Origin: Deltaproteobacteria bacterium
GTDB lineage: Bacteria > Myxococcota_A > UBA9160 > SMWR01
Direction of reading: 5' to 3'
DNA: 64,000 nucleotides
Assembly (NCBI GenBank): GCA_032128115.1
Contig: JAQBHB010000018.1
Span: 1-64,000, forward strand
The notes beneath the pieces are model-generated. The model was not told where the DNA came from, did not search any database, and saw nothing but the letters and a program-made list of their open reading frames with translations. Each line of letters starts with the position of its first letter. The stretch's first letter is position 1. Shown in pieces: positions 1-11,052 of this stretch. Both the position numbers and the translations under genes were made by a program.

Positions 1-1757
1 CCGGCCACCACGCCGAGCAGGGTGCCCAGCAAGCCGATCAAGGTGCCCTCGATCGCGAAGATCCTCTCGATGGTCGCGTCCTCGGCGCCCATGGCCTTGA
101 GGATCGCGATGTCACTCGATTTCTCCATGATCATCATCACCAGGGTGGCCACGATGGCAAACGACGCCACCACCATGATCATCGCAAGCAGCACGAACAT
201 CATGACGCGTTCGCTCTTCAGGGCCTGGAAGAAGGCGGGGAAGAACTCCTTCCAGTCGCGCGTATAGAATGGGAAGCCCAGGCTGGCCTGCACGGCATCC
301 GCCACCTGACGCGAGCGGTAGAAATCGGTGGTGCGGGCCTCGATCCCGTCCACCACGTCGCCCACGCGCCGGAAGTCCTGGGCGGCCGACAGATCCACAT
401 AGGTGAACATCTCGTCGTACTGGAAGAAGCTGGTCTCGAACACGCCCACCACACGGAACCGCTTCAGACGGGGGGCCGGGCCCAACGGGGTCGGGGGCCC
501 TCCGAAGGGGGAGATCATGAGCAGGGGGTCTCCCACGGAGAAGCCGAAGCCGTGGGCGAGCTGGCTTCCGATCACGATGCCCGGGTCACCGTCGCTCCCG
601 CTCGCGAGAGCCGCGAGGGACCCCTCCACCAGGTCTTCGCGGAGGTCGGTTACGTCGCCCACGGCAGTCGGGTCGACGCCGCGCAAGCGCACCGCCGTGA
701 TGGCTCCGTGGGTTGCTCGCACCATGCCCTCAGCGTCCAGGTAGGGGGAGGCGGCCACCACCTCGGGAACCTGTCGCACCTGTTCCAGGGTCGCGTCGTA
801 ATCGGAAAAGGTGCCCAGGTTGCTGTGCACCGTGAAGTGCGCGCGATTTCCGATGATCTCGTCGCGCCACGTGCGCTCGAAGCCGTTCATGACCGACAGT
901 ACCGTGATGATCAGCCACACCCCGGCGGCGATGCCCACCACGCAGATGCCGGTTATGACCGAGATGAAGGTCTGGCGCCGTTTCGCCACCAGGTAGCGCT
1001 TGGCGATGAACCACTCGACACCACCGCGGGTATCCGCGAGCCCCGCTGCGGCAAGCGGCAACAGACCCAGCAATACGCCCGCCACGAATGCCACCAGCGC
1101 AGCGCTGCCCGCGGCCGCGATTCCGATCTCCGGCGCCGGCAGGATCAGGGCCACCGCCACCCCTGTGCCCAGGGCCGCGGCCAGAACCCACGCCATCTGC
1201 TCGAAATCCGATCGCGGCGCCCCGGCGGCCCCGCGCGACCGGCGCCAGGTCGCGATCGCGCCCAGGGCCGAGACCACCAACGCCGGGGCCAGAGCCATCT
1301 CGGGGCGACCGCTGCCCCCCAGCATGAACGCGAAACCCAGTCCGAGCCAGACCAGGGTGCCCGTGGCCAGCACCCGCGAGGGCGTGCCGCGCACCGCCAA
1401 TCCCGCCAGCGCCATGCACGACACCACCGTGACGGCAGCCACGCCAGCCGCCAGGGAAATGCGCGGACCCAGGGCCTCCGGAAGCACGCCGAGCCCCTGG
1501 GGCCCCGCCCATTCCAGGATTCCCGCCGCCACCAGCGCGATCCACACGAGCCCCACCACCGCGAGGCTCGACGGCCGCCGGGCCACGCGCGCGAAGCGGT
1601 CGAGCGCCACCACGGCCGACCCGAAGAAGAGCAGCGTGAGCGCGGCGATGCCCAGGGCCAACGCCACGATGAAGGTGAGCGCGAACGTGCCCCCGGCCCT
1701 CGCCAGCAGATCCCAGACGGCAGCGGCAAAAGCCGGGATCAGATCCACCGGGTGCAT
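1..1757 (-). CDS. LolC/LolE-family lipoprotein-releasing ABC permease with long hydrophobic N-terminal extension; runs off window end
   Basis: Not in ORF track (no stop in window). My translation from ATG 1757 (SD GAGGAG): MHPVDLIPAF...EWFIAKRYLVAKRRQTFISVITGICVVGIAAGVWLIITVLSVMNGFE...FFQALKSERVMMFVLLAMIMVVASFAIVATLVMMIMEKSSDIAILKAMGA, classic LolC/E motifs. Confidence 0.9.
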   Translation of the reverse strand, partial: MHPVDLIPAFAAAVWDLLARAGGTFALTFIVALALGIAALTLLFFGSAVVALDRFARVARRPSSLAVVGLVWIALVAAGILEWAGPQGLGVLPEALGPRISLAAGVAAVTVVSCMALAGLAVRGTPSRVLATGTLVWLGLGFAFMLGGSGRPEMALAPALVVSALGAIATWRRSRGAAGAPRSDFEQMAWVLAAALGTGVAVALILPAPEIGIAAAGSAALVAFVAGVLLGLLPLAAAGLADTRGGVEWFIAKRYLVAKRRQTFISVITGICVVGIAAGVWLIITVLSVMNGFERTWRDEIIGNRAHFTVHSNLGTFSDYDATLEQVRQVPEVVAASPYLDAEGMVRATHGAITAVRLRGVDPTAVGDVTDLREDLVEGSLAALASGSDGDPGIVIGSQLAHGFGFSVGDPLLMISPFGGPPTPLGPAPRLKRFRVVGVFETSFFQYDEMFTYVDLSAAQDFRRVGDVVDGIEARTTDFYRSRQVADAVQASLGFPFYTRDWKEFFPAFFQALKSERVMMFVLLAMIMVVASFAIVATLVMMIMEKSSDIAILKAMGAEDATIERIFAIEGTLIGLLGTLLGVVA

Positions 1758-1815
1758 CTCCTCACGGGGGGGGCCTGGGTCTCATCGTCCCGAGGCCCGA
1801 TCCGGTCGCTGCGGA

Positions 1816-2962
1816 TCACGAGCGCGCCTCCGCCTCTGCAGCCCACTGCAGCAGCGTGGCGCGGATGAACGGGTCCAGATCACCCTCGAGTACCCGCTGC
1901 ACGTTGCCCGCCTCGTGCCGGGTGCGGTGATCCTTCACGCGCTGCTGGGGATGCAGCGTGTAGGAGCGGATCTGGCTACCGAAGTCGATCTGGCGCTGCT
2001 CGCCCCGAGCGGCTGCGAGCTTCTCCTCACGTTCGAGGCGTGCCCGCTCGTAGAGGCGCGCCTTCAGCACCTTGAGGGCTGAGGCCCGGTTCTTGTGTTG
2101 GGAGCGTTCGTTCTGGCACTGCACCACGATGTTGGTGGGCAGGTGGGTGAGGCGCACGGCCGAGTCGGTCTTGTTCACGTGCTGGCCGCCGGCGCCGCCG
2201 GAGCGGTAGGTGTCCACCCGCAGGTCCTTCTCGTCAATCTCCACCACGATGGAGTCGTCCAGCTCGGGAATCACGGAGACGCTGGCGAAGGCCGTGTGGC
2301 GGCGCGCCTGGGAGTCGAACGGGGAGATCCGCACCAGGCGGTGCACACCCTCTTCGGCGTTGAGATAGCCGTACGCGAAGTCTCCAGACACGGTGATCGT
2401 GACGCTCCGAATCCCCGCCTCTTCCCCGTCCTGACGGTCGAGTTCCTCCACGGAGTAGCCTCGAGACTCTGCCCAGCGCAGGTACATGCGCAGCAACATC
2501 TCGGCCCAGTCGCACGCGTCGGTTCCGCCGGCGCCCGCGTTGATGGACACGATGGCCGGAGCCGAGTCGTTCTCGCCCCCGAGCAGGCGTCGCACCTCGG
2601 CTTCGTCCAGGTCGCGGGTGGCGGCCTCGATCTTCTCCGACACCTCGCTCCAGGCGTCGGGCTCGTCGGCCTCGGCGGCCAACTCCAACAGCACGCCTGC
2701 ATCCTCGAGCGAGGACGTCAGGTCGTCGAAGGTGCTCAGCTCGTGTTCGACCCGGCTCTTCTCGCGCAACAGGGTCTCGGCCCGCTCGCGATTGTCCCAC
2801 AGTTCGGGCCGGGCCGACTCGTTCTGGAGCTCGCCGACGCGAGCGCGCAGGCGTTCGACGTCAAAGACTCCCCCGGAACTCATCGAAGCGCGCCCGCAGT
2901 CGGCGCAGGCGCTCGCTGAACTCGGTGGAATCGACGCTGATGACCGGTTCCGTCTCGCTCAC
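1816..2962 (-). CDS. prfB: Peptide chain release factor 2 (programmed +1 frameshift)
   Basis: GGQ motif (GAGGQHVN), SPF motif (RISPFD); 33-codon first segment from GTG 2962 ends CTT TGA C at 2866-2860. Confidence 0.96.
2860..2875 (-). promoter_or_regulatory. prfB +1 ribosomal frameshift site
   Basis: CGGGGG AGT CTT TGA C: internal SD-like G-run, slippery CTT-T and UGA stop, as in canonical RF2 autoregulation. Confidence 0.93.
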
Positions 2963-3009
2963 CTGGATGGATCCCCCCTGTTGCCTCGCCCCGCCTCGCC
3001 TCGCCTCGG

Positions 3010-4632
3010 TCAGGTCGCATGCCCCGCGCGTCCCCGCGCCGACTGGCTCCGCACCGCGCCGGTGGCCAGCCCCACGGCAACGGCCCAGCAGGCGTAGGCG
3101 AAGACATCACCGTAGCGCGTGTAGAAGGATCCCCCGAGCGGGGCCGGACGCAACGGCACGTCGGCCACCAGCAGATCCCTCTCGAAGATCTCCGTGCGCG
3201 ATACGACGCGCCCCCGGGCGTCGATGATCGCTGAAACCCCGGTATTTGCGGCCCGGGCCGTCCAGAGCCGCGATTCGGCCGCCCGCAGCGCGGTCATGGC
3301 CAGGAACTGGTAGGGCGCGCCCGTGCGCCCGTACCAGGCGTCGTTCGTGATGGCGAAGAGCATCTCGGCGCCCCTGCGCGCAAACCGACGCACCAGATCC
3401 GGGAAGAGCAGTTCATAGCAGATCGGCACCCCGGCGCGGACACGCGTGGCAGCGCCGTCGCTCCAGGCCACGGTGACGACCCGGGGCCCCGGGCCGGCGG
3501 TGACGTCCAGGGCGGCCATGCCGCGCGCCATGGCCACGAACACGAACCCCAACCAGTCGCGCAGCGGCACGTACTCGCCGAAGGGCACCAGGTGCGACTT
3601 GTCGTAGCGATCCGTGAACAGACCGGGCGGCTCCAACAGGAAGGCGCTGTCGAAGTAACGGGTGGGGGCCCCGCCTGCGTCGAACTCGAGGCCCACGCCG
3701 CCGACCACGAACGCGGCCCCGGTCTCGCGCGCCAGCGCAGCCAGGCGCTCGCGCAGGGCGGCATCCGCCTCGATCCCGCCAGGTACGGAAGTCTCGGGCC
3801 ACACGACGATGCGGGCGCCGGCTTCTGCCGCTCGGCGCGAGAGATCCTCGTAGACGGCCAGGATCTGCGCGCCGCGATCCGAGCTCCACTTGCTGCCCTG
3901 GTCGATGTTTCCCTGGAGCACCGCCACCCGGACCCGGGCCACGGCGCCCGCGTCCGGGTGGGAAGCGCCGGCCGCGAAGCCCAGCGCGTGGGCGAGCGCA
4001 ACCGCCGCCAGGGCGGACCCGACGGCGATCCCAGGGCGGCGCCCCGCCGACCACTCGAGGAGGGCCCGCGCGAGCGCCGCCCCGCCAAGCACGGTCACGA
4101 ACGACAGGCCGTACACGCCGGTGAAGGCCGCGAGCGGCATCAGCGCCGGGTTCAGGTGCTGTGCGTAGCCCAGGGTGGCCCAGGGAAAGCCCGAGAGCGC
4201 GAACGACCGCAGGTGATCGAGTGCCGTCCACACGGCAGCCGCTGCGAACGGCGTGGCGAGCCCGAAGCGTCCCAGCCCGGCCCAGGCGGCGGACAGGGCG
4301 GCGGCAAAGACCGCGATGTAGGCCGCCAGCGCCACCGGCGCCAGCACGCCGACCACCGCGGGCGCGTGTCCGTAGTGCACGGTGACCACGTAGATCCAGT
4401 GGAGGATGGCGGAATGAGCGACCAGCCCCGCGACGAAGCCGAGACGGGCGGCGCGTCCCGGGGTGAGCCCATGCAGACCCAGGAGGAGCAACGCGGGACC
4501 CAGCCACGCGAACACCACGCCCAGATCGAGCACGCGACCCGCCACGGGGTGCGGAAACGACAGGAACGTAACCACCGCGTAACCGGCCAGCAGGGCGATG
4601 CGCGGAACCGCCAGCGGCGGGAGCTTCGTCAT
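3010..4632 (-). CDS. lnt: Apolipoprotein N-acyltransferase
   Basis: Multi-TM N-terminus, GFPW, QGNI, WPET, YDKSHLVPFGEYVP, ICYE catalytic motifs. Confidence 0.96.
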   Translation of the reverse strand: MTKLPPLAVPRIALLAGYAVVTFLSFPHPVAGRVLDLGVVFAWLGPALLLLGLHGLTPGRAARLGFVAGLVAHSAILHWIYVVTVHYGHAPAVVGVLAPVALAAYIAVFAAALSAAWAGLGRFGLATPFAAAAVWTALDHLRSFALSGFPWATLGYAQHLNPALMPLAAFTGVYGLSFVTVLGGAALARALLEWSAGRRPGIAVGSALAAVALAHALGFAAGASHPDAGAVARVRVAVLQGNIDQGSKWSSDRGAQILAVYEDLSRRAAEAGARIVVWPETSVPGGIEADAALRERLAALARETGAAFVVGGVGLEFDAGGAPTRYFDSAFLLEPPGLFTDRYDKSHLVPFGEYVPLRDWLGFVFVAMARGMAALDVTAGPGPRVVTVAWSDGAATRVRAGVPICYELLFPDLVRRFARRGAEMLFAITNDAWYGRTGAPYQFLAMTALRAAESRLWTARAANTGVSAIIDARGRVVSRTEIFERDLLVADVPLRPAPLGGSFYTRYGDVFAYACWAVAVGLATGAVRSQSARGRAGHAT

Positions 4633-5068
4633 TCGCGGATCGCCCGCCAGAGTCGTCGCTCGTGGCTGCGCATGTGGCGGGCCTCGTCCGGTCGTATGTG
4701 ATCGTGGCCGATCAGGTGCAGCGTTCCGTGTACGAGCAGGCGTCCCACTTCTTCGTCCAGGGAGCGCCGCCGGCTGCGCGCCTGGCGCGCCGCCGTCTCG
4801 AGCCCGATCACCACGTCGCCAAGCAATGCGCCCCGGCGCTCCACGTGGTCGCCCGCAAGCAGGGGAAACGCCAGCACGTCCGTGGGCGAGGCCCGGCCCC
4901 GCCAGGTTTCGTTGAGCCCGGCGATCTCTTCGTCATCGCTGAGACGGATCGAGAGTTCGGCCCGCGCGAGGGACAGTTCGCGCAGGAGACGGACCGCCCG
5001 CGACCGCAGCAGGCGCCGATCGACGCCCGGGAGCCCGCGGCGCCGCGACGGGCCGGCCAGGCGGACGG

Positions 5069-5072
<4 letters not shown>
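4629..5072 (-). CDS. ybeY: rRNA maturation endoribonuclease YbeY
   Basis: PTDVLAFP, LGDVVI, HGTLHLIGHDH zinc motif. Confidence 0.95.
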
Positions 5073-6097
<1,025 letters not shown>

Positions 6098-6118
6098 GGG
6101 TTGCCTCGTTCGCGGCCG

Positions 6119-7213
6119 CTAGCGTTCGGGGGCCAGCAGCACGGCGGCGTCATCGCGACGCACCGTATAGTAGGGAGACGCCGGTGCGGCTGCCAATTCC
6201 GGCATCGAATCGCCGAGCGGTTGCAGGTGGCGCGGCCACTGGCCCTCGCGAAACCGGTATGCCTCCAGGCCGCGCCGCAGCGTCCGCATCTCCCAGTCCT
6301 GGCGCAGGCTGGCCAGTGGCGACCGCGCAATCGGAAGCCCCTGCACACTGCGCACCGGAGCACCCACCCGATTGGACAGGCCCGCCAGCAGCAGCAGCAG
6401 CAGCATGGGAATCACCGCGAAGACCCAGCCGCGGAAGGCCCGACGCTCCACCTGGATGCGCTGGGCCAGGGGGTCGCGTCGCACGCTGGCGGGATCCACG
6501 GCCTGGATGGCGCCGTTTCGGTGCAGCTCAGCCAGGATCCGGCTGGCGTCGAAGGTCCCCAGTCGCGACAGGTCGACGATTCGGCGCACAGGCAAGCGCC
6601 CGTCGACGAGCGCCCACACCCGGCGAGCATCTTCCGGGTGGCGATAGCCCTCACTGCGGGGCGCCTCGGCCTGGGGAGCCCGACGGAACACCGCGGCCTC
6701 CGAGGGCACCAGTTCCGCGAAGCTCTGCCACTCGTCCACCATGCGCATCCCGTCCATCAGGATCTGCTCGGCCCCGAGCAGCGCATCCACGGCGCGGTCG
6801 TGGGAGATCTTCTCGGCGTTGAAGTGGAAGGAGCCGGAGGTCCAGCGCAGCACCTGGAAGATCGTTTCGCGGGTGAGCAGGTCCTCCAGCTCCTCGACCT
6901 CCGCATCCGTGAGTTGTCCGCGGGTAACGGCCATGCGGCCGATGGGCTGGGCCGACTTGTCCGACGCGCGCTGCAGGTCGTTGACCTGCTCGCGGGTCAG
7001 GTGGCCGCAACGCACCATCATGTCGGCCAGGGCGCTGTCCGGGCGCGAGCCCACCGGCGCGGCGCTGACCACGGCCCCCTTGTCGAGCCGGATCTGGATC
7101 TTCTCGCGCTTGGTCTTGAACTCGAGCGCCCCGGTCTTGCGCTGCTGACCGATCAGCTGGAAGACCTCCCCGATTCCGAAATCCTTCAGATCACCCCGCA
7201 ACGCCACCGACAC
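6119..7213 (-). CDS. DUF4388 (PatA-N-like) domain membrane protein
   Basis: N-terminus ALRGDLKDFGIGEVFQLIGQQRKTGAL..W.SGSFHF typical of DUF4388; one C-terminal TM segment; GTG start at 7213. Confidence 0.75.
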   Translation of the reverse strand: MSVALRGDLKDFGIGEVFQLIGQQRKTGALEFKTKREKIQIRLDKGAVVSAAPVGSRPDSALADMMVRCGHLTREQVNDLQRASDKSAQPIGRMAVTRGQLTDAEVEELEDLLTRETIFQVLRWTSGSFHFNAEKISHDRAVDALLGAEQILMDGMRMVDEWQSFAELVPSEAAVFRRAPQAEAPRSEGYRHPEDARRVWALVDGRLPVRRIVDLSRLGTFDASRILAELHRNGAIQAVDPASVRRDPLAQRIQVERRAFRGWVFAVIPMLLLLLLAGLSNRVGAPVRSVQGLPIARSPLASLRQDWEMRTLRRGLEAYRFREGQWPRHLQPLGDSMPELAAAPASPYYTVRRDDAAVLLAPER

Positions 7214-7215
7214 GT

Positions 7216-9060
7216 CTATGCCCTCCGCCTGGCGGCCAGCGAGGTCGCCAACACCAGGGCGTATGCCAGCATTGCCAGCGTTCCCAGACCGGTGAAGGCG
7301 ATGGGGCCCGCAGCCCCGGCCACCAGCGGATCGGAAACCACGCCGTCGCGCAGCACGATGGACGCGGCGGCCAGGGCGAACAGCACGGCACCCAGGACAC
7401 CGCGCAGGGGCTGGCGCGCCAACAGGCCCGCGGCGCCGGGAACCCCGACAGCGACGGCCCATGCCAGACGGTTGCGACGCCGTTCGCGCTTTCGCAGGGT
7501 TTCGATTCGCGCCATGCGCAGATTCCGGTCGGCGTTTTCCGACTTGTAGAAGAGCTGGAAGCAGCTCTCGCACACGTCACGATCTCCGGACCGGGGCTCG
7601 CAGCGCGGGCACAGCAGGCGCCTGCAGCGTCCGCATCCGCGCCGGGCCCGCACGCCCAGGCCGATGATCGATCCCGACAGAGCCACGCCACACAAGGCGA
7701 GACCGGCCGCGCGTCTCTCGGCCAGATGCCCCGGCACGAACGGTGCCCGCAGCTGGGCGGCCAGGGTCTCGCTACCCGCAGCGCCCAGCATGCGTCGCCA
7801 CAGGAGCGACGCCGGCAACGGCAGGTCGACCACGAAGGCCGCGTTGTCCGATCGCTGCAGCTCGCTGAGGCGCGCCACCGCCTCGCCATCCAGTTCCTGG
7901 GCGCGAGACAGTGCCCGGGACAACTCGTCCACCTGGAAGGTCAGACCGTGGGCCTGGGCCAGGTTGAACAGGACGATGGGCGAGCCACTCTCGCTGGCGG
8001 CCTGGCGATACAGATCGATGGCGTCGCCCATGTGTCCCAGGGCGAGCCGCACGTTGGCCGCGTTGTTGGCGATCACGGGATCGTTGGGCAGGGCCCGAAG
8101 CAGGCGCCGGTACTCGGCGTCGGCCTGCGCCAGATTTCCGGAGCGCTTCGCCTGGATGGCCCGGGCGCGGGCCGCCAGCAGGTCGTTCGGGGCGGCGGCT
8201 TCCAGGCGCGCCAGATCCTGTGCCAGGACCGCGCCCCGAGCCGAGGCGTAAGCGGCCTCGGCCACCGGGTCGCGCTGGAAGGCCCCGAGGGTGGCCCCGG
8301 CCAGGTTCGGCAACAGCCAACCGCCGGCCCAGACCGCCGCCACCGCCACCCCCAGCGCGACGCGCTGGCGCAGGGAGCCGAAGACCGAGCCCAGCGCCAG
8401 CAGGGCCACTGCCAGCCCCAGAAGCCCCTCCCCGAGCACCCAGGGCAGCAGGACCAGGGCGGCCAGCAAGGCGGTGCGAGCGAATCCGGGCAGATCGCGG
8501 GAGATCAGGTCGCCGAGCACATGGGCCGCAGGCGGCGCCACCGCGACCGCCGTCAGGGCGATGAAGAACAGACCCCCGGCGGCCAGGCCAATGGCCAAGA
8601 TCAGCAGTGCGTTGCCTCCGAACCAGAGCGAGGCCTCCACGTGGCGGGGAATCACGACCAGGGCCGCGATGGCGGCGCGCAGTGCCGTGACGGGTGCGCC
8701 ACCGTGGAGCCACAGGGCCCGGGCGTACTCCATACGGACCGCCGGCGTGTCGGGCGCCAGCCGCAGTGCCTCCTCGGCCCGTTCCAGGGGCTCTCCCGCA
8801 ACGGCCCCCGCAAGCAGCACCTGGGCGGCGGCGTCCAGGCTCCACACGCCCTGCTCCAGGGCCGCCCGGCGCGTGCGCAGGACTCGGGCCTCCAGGGACG
8901 GCGACGGGGCCCGCCAGACCGTTTCGAGGCCTCCGAACTGCGGTGCGGGAGCCGCGGGCTCCTGGGCCCTGGCCCGCTGGGGCCCGGCCAGCAGACCCAT
9001 GGCGGCCACAACCAGTGCCAGCCGCCCCGCGACTGCCCGCTTTCGGACCCTTCTGGTCAC
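7216..9060 (-). CDS. TPR-repeat multi-pass membrane protein with Cys-rich motif
   Basis: Signal-peptide-like N-terminus, several TM helices, TPR-like NNAANVRLALG / FNLAQAH, CGRC..CPRC..CESC; start uncertain (ORF extends to 9135). Confidence 0.65.
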   Translation of the reverse strand: MTRRVRKRAVAGRLALVVAAMGLLAGPQRARAQEPAAPAPQFGGLETVWRAPSPSLEARVLRTRRAALEQGVWSLDAAAQVLLAGAVAGEPLERAEEALRLAPDTPAVRMEYARALWLHGGAPVTALRAAIAALVVIPRHVEASLWFGGNALLILAIGLAAGGLFFIALTAVAVAPPAAHVLGDLISRDLPGFARTALLAALVLLPWVLGEGLLGLAVALLALGSVFGSLRQRVALGVAVAAVWAGGWLLPNLAGATLGAFQRDPVAEAAYASARGAVLAQDLARLEAAAPNDLLAARARAIQAKRSGNLAQADAEYRRLLRALPNDPVIANNAANVRLALGHMGDAIDLYRQAASESGSPIVLFNLAQAHGLTFQVDELSRALSRAQELDGEAVARLSELQRSDNAAFVVDLPLPASLLWRRMLGAAGSETLAAQLRAPFVPGHLAERRAAGLALCGVALSGSIIGLGVRARRGCGRCRRLLCPRCEPRSGDRDVCESCFQLFYKSENADRNLRMARIETLRKRERRRNRLAWAVAVGVPGAAGLLARQPLRGVLGAVLFALAAASIVLRDGVVSDPLVAGAAGPIAFTGLGTLAMLAYALVLATSLAARRRA

Positions 9061-9223
9061 ACGCCCCCCTTCGCCCGACTCCGCGCCTTGCGTATCGGTG
9101 ACCCAAGCGCGCCTCTGAATAGGCAGGGTTCCCATGCCCGTCGGCCGCTCCGGGCGCGCGGCGGCGGATCTCGGGGCGACGGGTTATGCTGGCGCGCCGT
9201 TTCCGGTGGCTGAGGGAGATCGA

Positions 9224-9490
9224 GTGGCCAATCACAAGTCGGCACGCAAACGAGCCCGCCAGTCCGAGAAGCAGCGCGTCCGCAATCGCGACGTCCGCAC
9301 CCGGATCAAGGGAGCCGTGAAGCGGGCCAACCAGGCCGTGGACTCCGGCGACGCCGGCGCCGCCCAGGAGGCGGTTCGCAAGGCAGAGAGTGTCCTGCGC
9401 CGGGCCTCCAGCAAGGGTGCCATCCCGGCCAAGCGCGCCAGTCGCACCATCGCTCGCCTCTCTCGCAGCGCCCACAAGATCAACGCCTAG
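9224..9490 (+). CDS. rpsT: 30S ribosomal protein S20
   Basis: MANHKSARKRARQSEKQRVRNR...ASSKGAIPAKRASR; GTG with SD GAGGGAG. Confidence 0.97.
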   Translation: MANHKSARKRARQSEKQRVRNRDVRTRIKGAVKRANQAVDSGDAGAAQEAVRKAESVLRRASSKGAIPAKRASRTIARLSRSAHKINA

Positions 9491-9499
9491 CGCGACGCG

Positions 9500-10477
9500 C
9501 TATCCGGACAATCCCAGGACCAGGCGTTCCAGGGCCATCTCGGGGCGCAGGGCGCCGGCGCCCTTGAGACTCAAGTCGGTCTGGTGGATGGCGTCCAGGC
9601 ACGAGAGCAAGCGGCCCTGGCTGTAGCGACGCGCCTGGCTCTCGAGCTTCTTCACCACGAACGGGGGTCCCGACACACTGCCGCCCGCGGACAGGCGCAA
9701 CAGCCGGCGGAAGTGCGACACCAGCGCGCCCAGCACCAGAGGCGGTGCGGCGCCCGAACGCAGCAGCTTGCCCAGCACCACCAGGGCGTGGGCGGGGTTG
9801 CCGGAGCCGATGGCGTCGGTGAGATCCCAGATGGGCTCCTCGGCGAGGTCGGAGATACCCGAAGCCACCTGGCTCTCGGAGACCGCGGCATCGCCTTCGG
9901 TCATCAGCGCCAGCTTGGCGATCTCCTGGCGAAGCATCAGGAGCTGGGGGCCCGTGCGTTCGATCAGCATCTCGGCCGCCCCGCGCCCGAACGCAACCCC
10001 CTGCCGCTCGGCTTCACGACGCACGAAGGCGACGACCTCGCGCTTGCCGCGGGGCGGGTCGCAGCGGACCTCCACTGCGGGCTCCGAGAAAGCCTTCACC
10101 CAGCGAGCACGACGATCCACCTTCGCGGCCATCACCACCAGCACCGTCGAGCCGACGTCGGCCGATGCGGACACCGCCTCGATCAGGGCGTCGGCGACAC
10201 CACGCGCCGTACCCCGGCGATTCTCGGGCTCCCGCAGTACGACCAGGCGGCGCTCGGCCATCACCGGCAGGGTGCGCACGGCATCCAGAACGGCGCCCGG
10301 CGTGGTGGCATCTCCTTCCAACCGGTCGAAGTTGAAGTCCACCGCCCCCCCGGTGAGAACGGCGCCGCGGAGAGCCGCGAGCGCATCGTCGCGCAACAGC
10401 GCCTCTTCCCCGGCCAGCAGATACGCGGGCCGCAAGCGTCCGTCGGCGATCTCGGCGCGCAACTCGTCGGGCGTCAC
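9500..10477 (-). CDS. holA: DNA polymerase III delta subunit
   Basis: PAYLLAGEE, FNFDRLEG, TLPVMAERRLVV, QEIAKL; lptE-holA-rpsT synteny. Confidence 0.92.
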   Translation of the reverse strand: MTPDELRAEIADGRLRPAYLLAGEEALLRDDALAALRGAVLTGGAVDFNFDRLEGDATTPGAVLDAVRTLPVMAERRLVVLREPENRRGTARGVADALIEAVSASADVGSTVLVVMAAKVDRRARWVKAFSEPAVEVRCDPPRGKREVVAFVRREAERQGVAFGRGAAEMLIERTGPQLLMLRQEIAKLALMTEGDAAVSESQVASGISDLAEEPIWDLTDAIGSGNPAHALVVLGKLLRSGAAPPLVLGALVSHFRRLLRLSAGGSVSGPPFVVKKLESQARRYSQGRLLSCLDAIHQTDLSLKGAGALRPEMALERLVLGLSG

Positions 10478-11013
10478 GGCGTGAGCACCTCGGCCAGGCT
10501 GTCGTGGATGCGACCCGCCAGCACACCGGCCACCCGGCGCAGGGCTTCCTCCCGGTTCTTCCGGGTCGCCTCCAGGTCGGCGCTCGCCAGGTACCGCTCG
10601 GATTCCCGCAGGGCGTTGGCAGCCATGGGCAGCATACGTCCGTCACGACGGCTGGCGGTGAGTTCGAGGCTCAGCGTCAGCTCGTACTCGAGGATCAGAG
10701 CCACCGATGAGAAGCTCCTCCCCGAGGTCTCGACGGGCAAGACGGCCCCGTGTAGGACCAGGTCGGCGCGACCCGACTCCTCCGTCACCACCAACGCTCC
10801 CCGGCGCAGGAACTCCCGGCGCAGGGCATCCGAGACGATGAATTCGACACCCGGCTCATAGGACTCGTTGCTGAGGGTGCGAATCGACACCGAACCCAGA
10901 TCGCCAAGGCCGCCGTCATAGCGAACGAGCCGATAACCGCAGCCCGTCGAGACTGCAATGGAGACCAGGGAAATCCAGACGAGGATCCCGGCGACGGCGC
11001 GGCTCCGGATCAC
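10474..11013 (-). CDS. lptE: LPS assembly lipoprotein LptE family
   Basis: Lipobox STGCGYR, N.SYEPG motif, position directly upstream of holA. Confidence 0.85.
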   Translation of the reverse strand: MIRSRAVAGILVWISLVSIAVSTGCGYRLVRYDGGLGDLGSVSIRTLSNESYEPGVEFIVSDALRREFLRRGALVVTEESGRADLVLHGAVLPVETSGRSFSSVALILEYELTLSLELTASRRDGRMLPMAANALRESERYLASADLEATRKNREEALRRVAGVLAGRIHDSLAEVLTP

Positions 11014-11052
11014 GCCGGCACGTATACCACACCGCGAGCGCAGTTCAGTGAA

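Noticed and set aside
2983..3008. GCCTC-type 5-nt microsatellite between lnt and prfB
   Set aside because: Short, imperfect and plausible by chance at this GC content.
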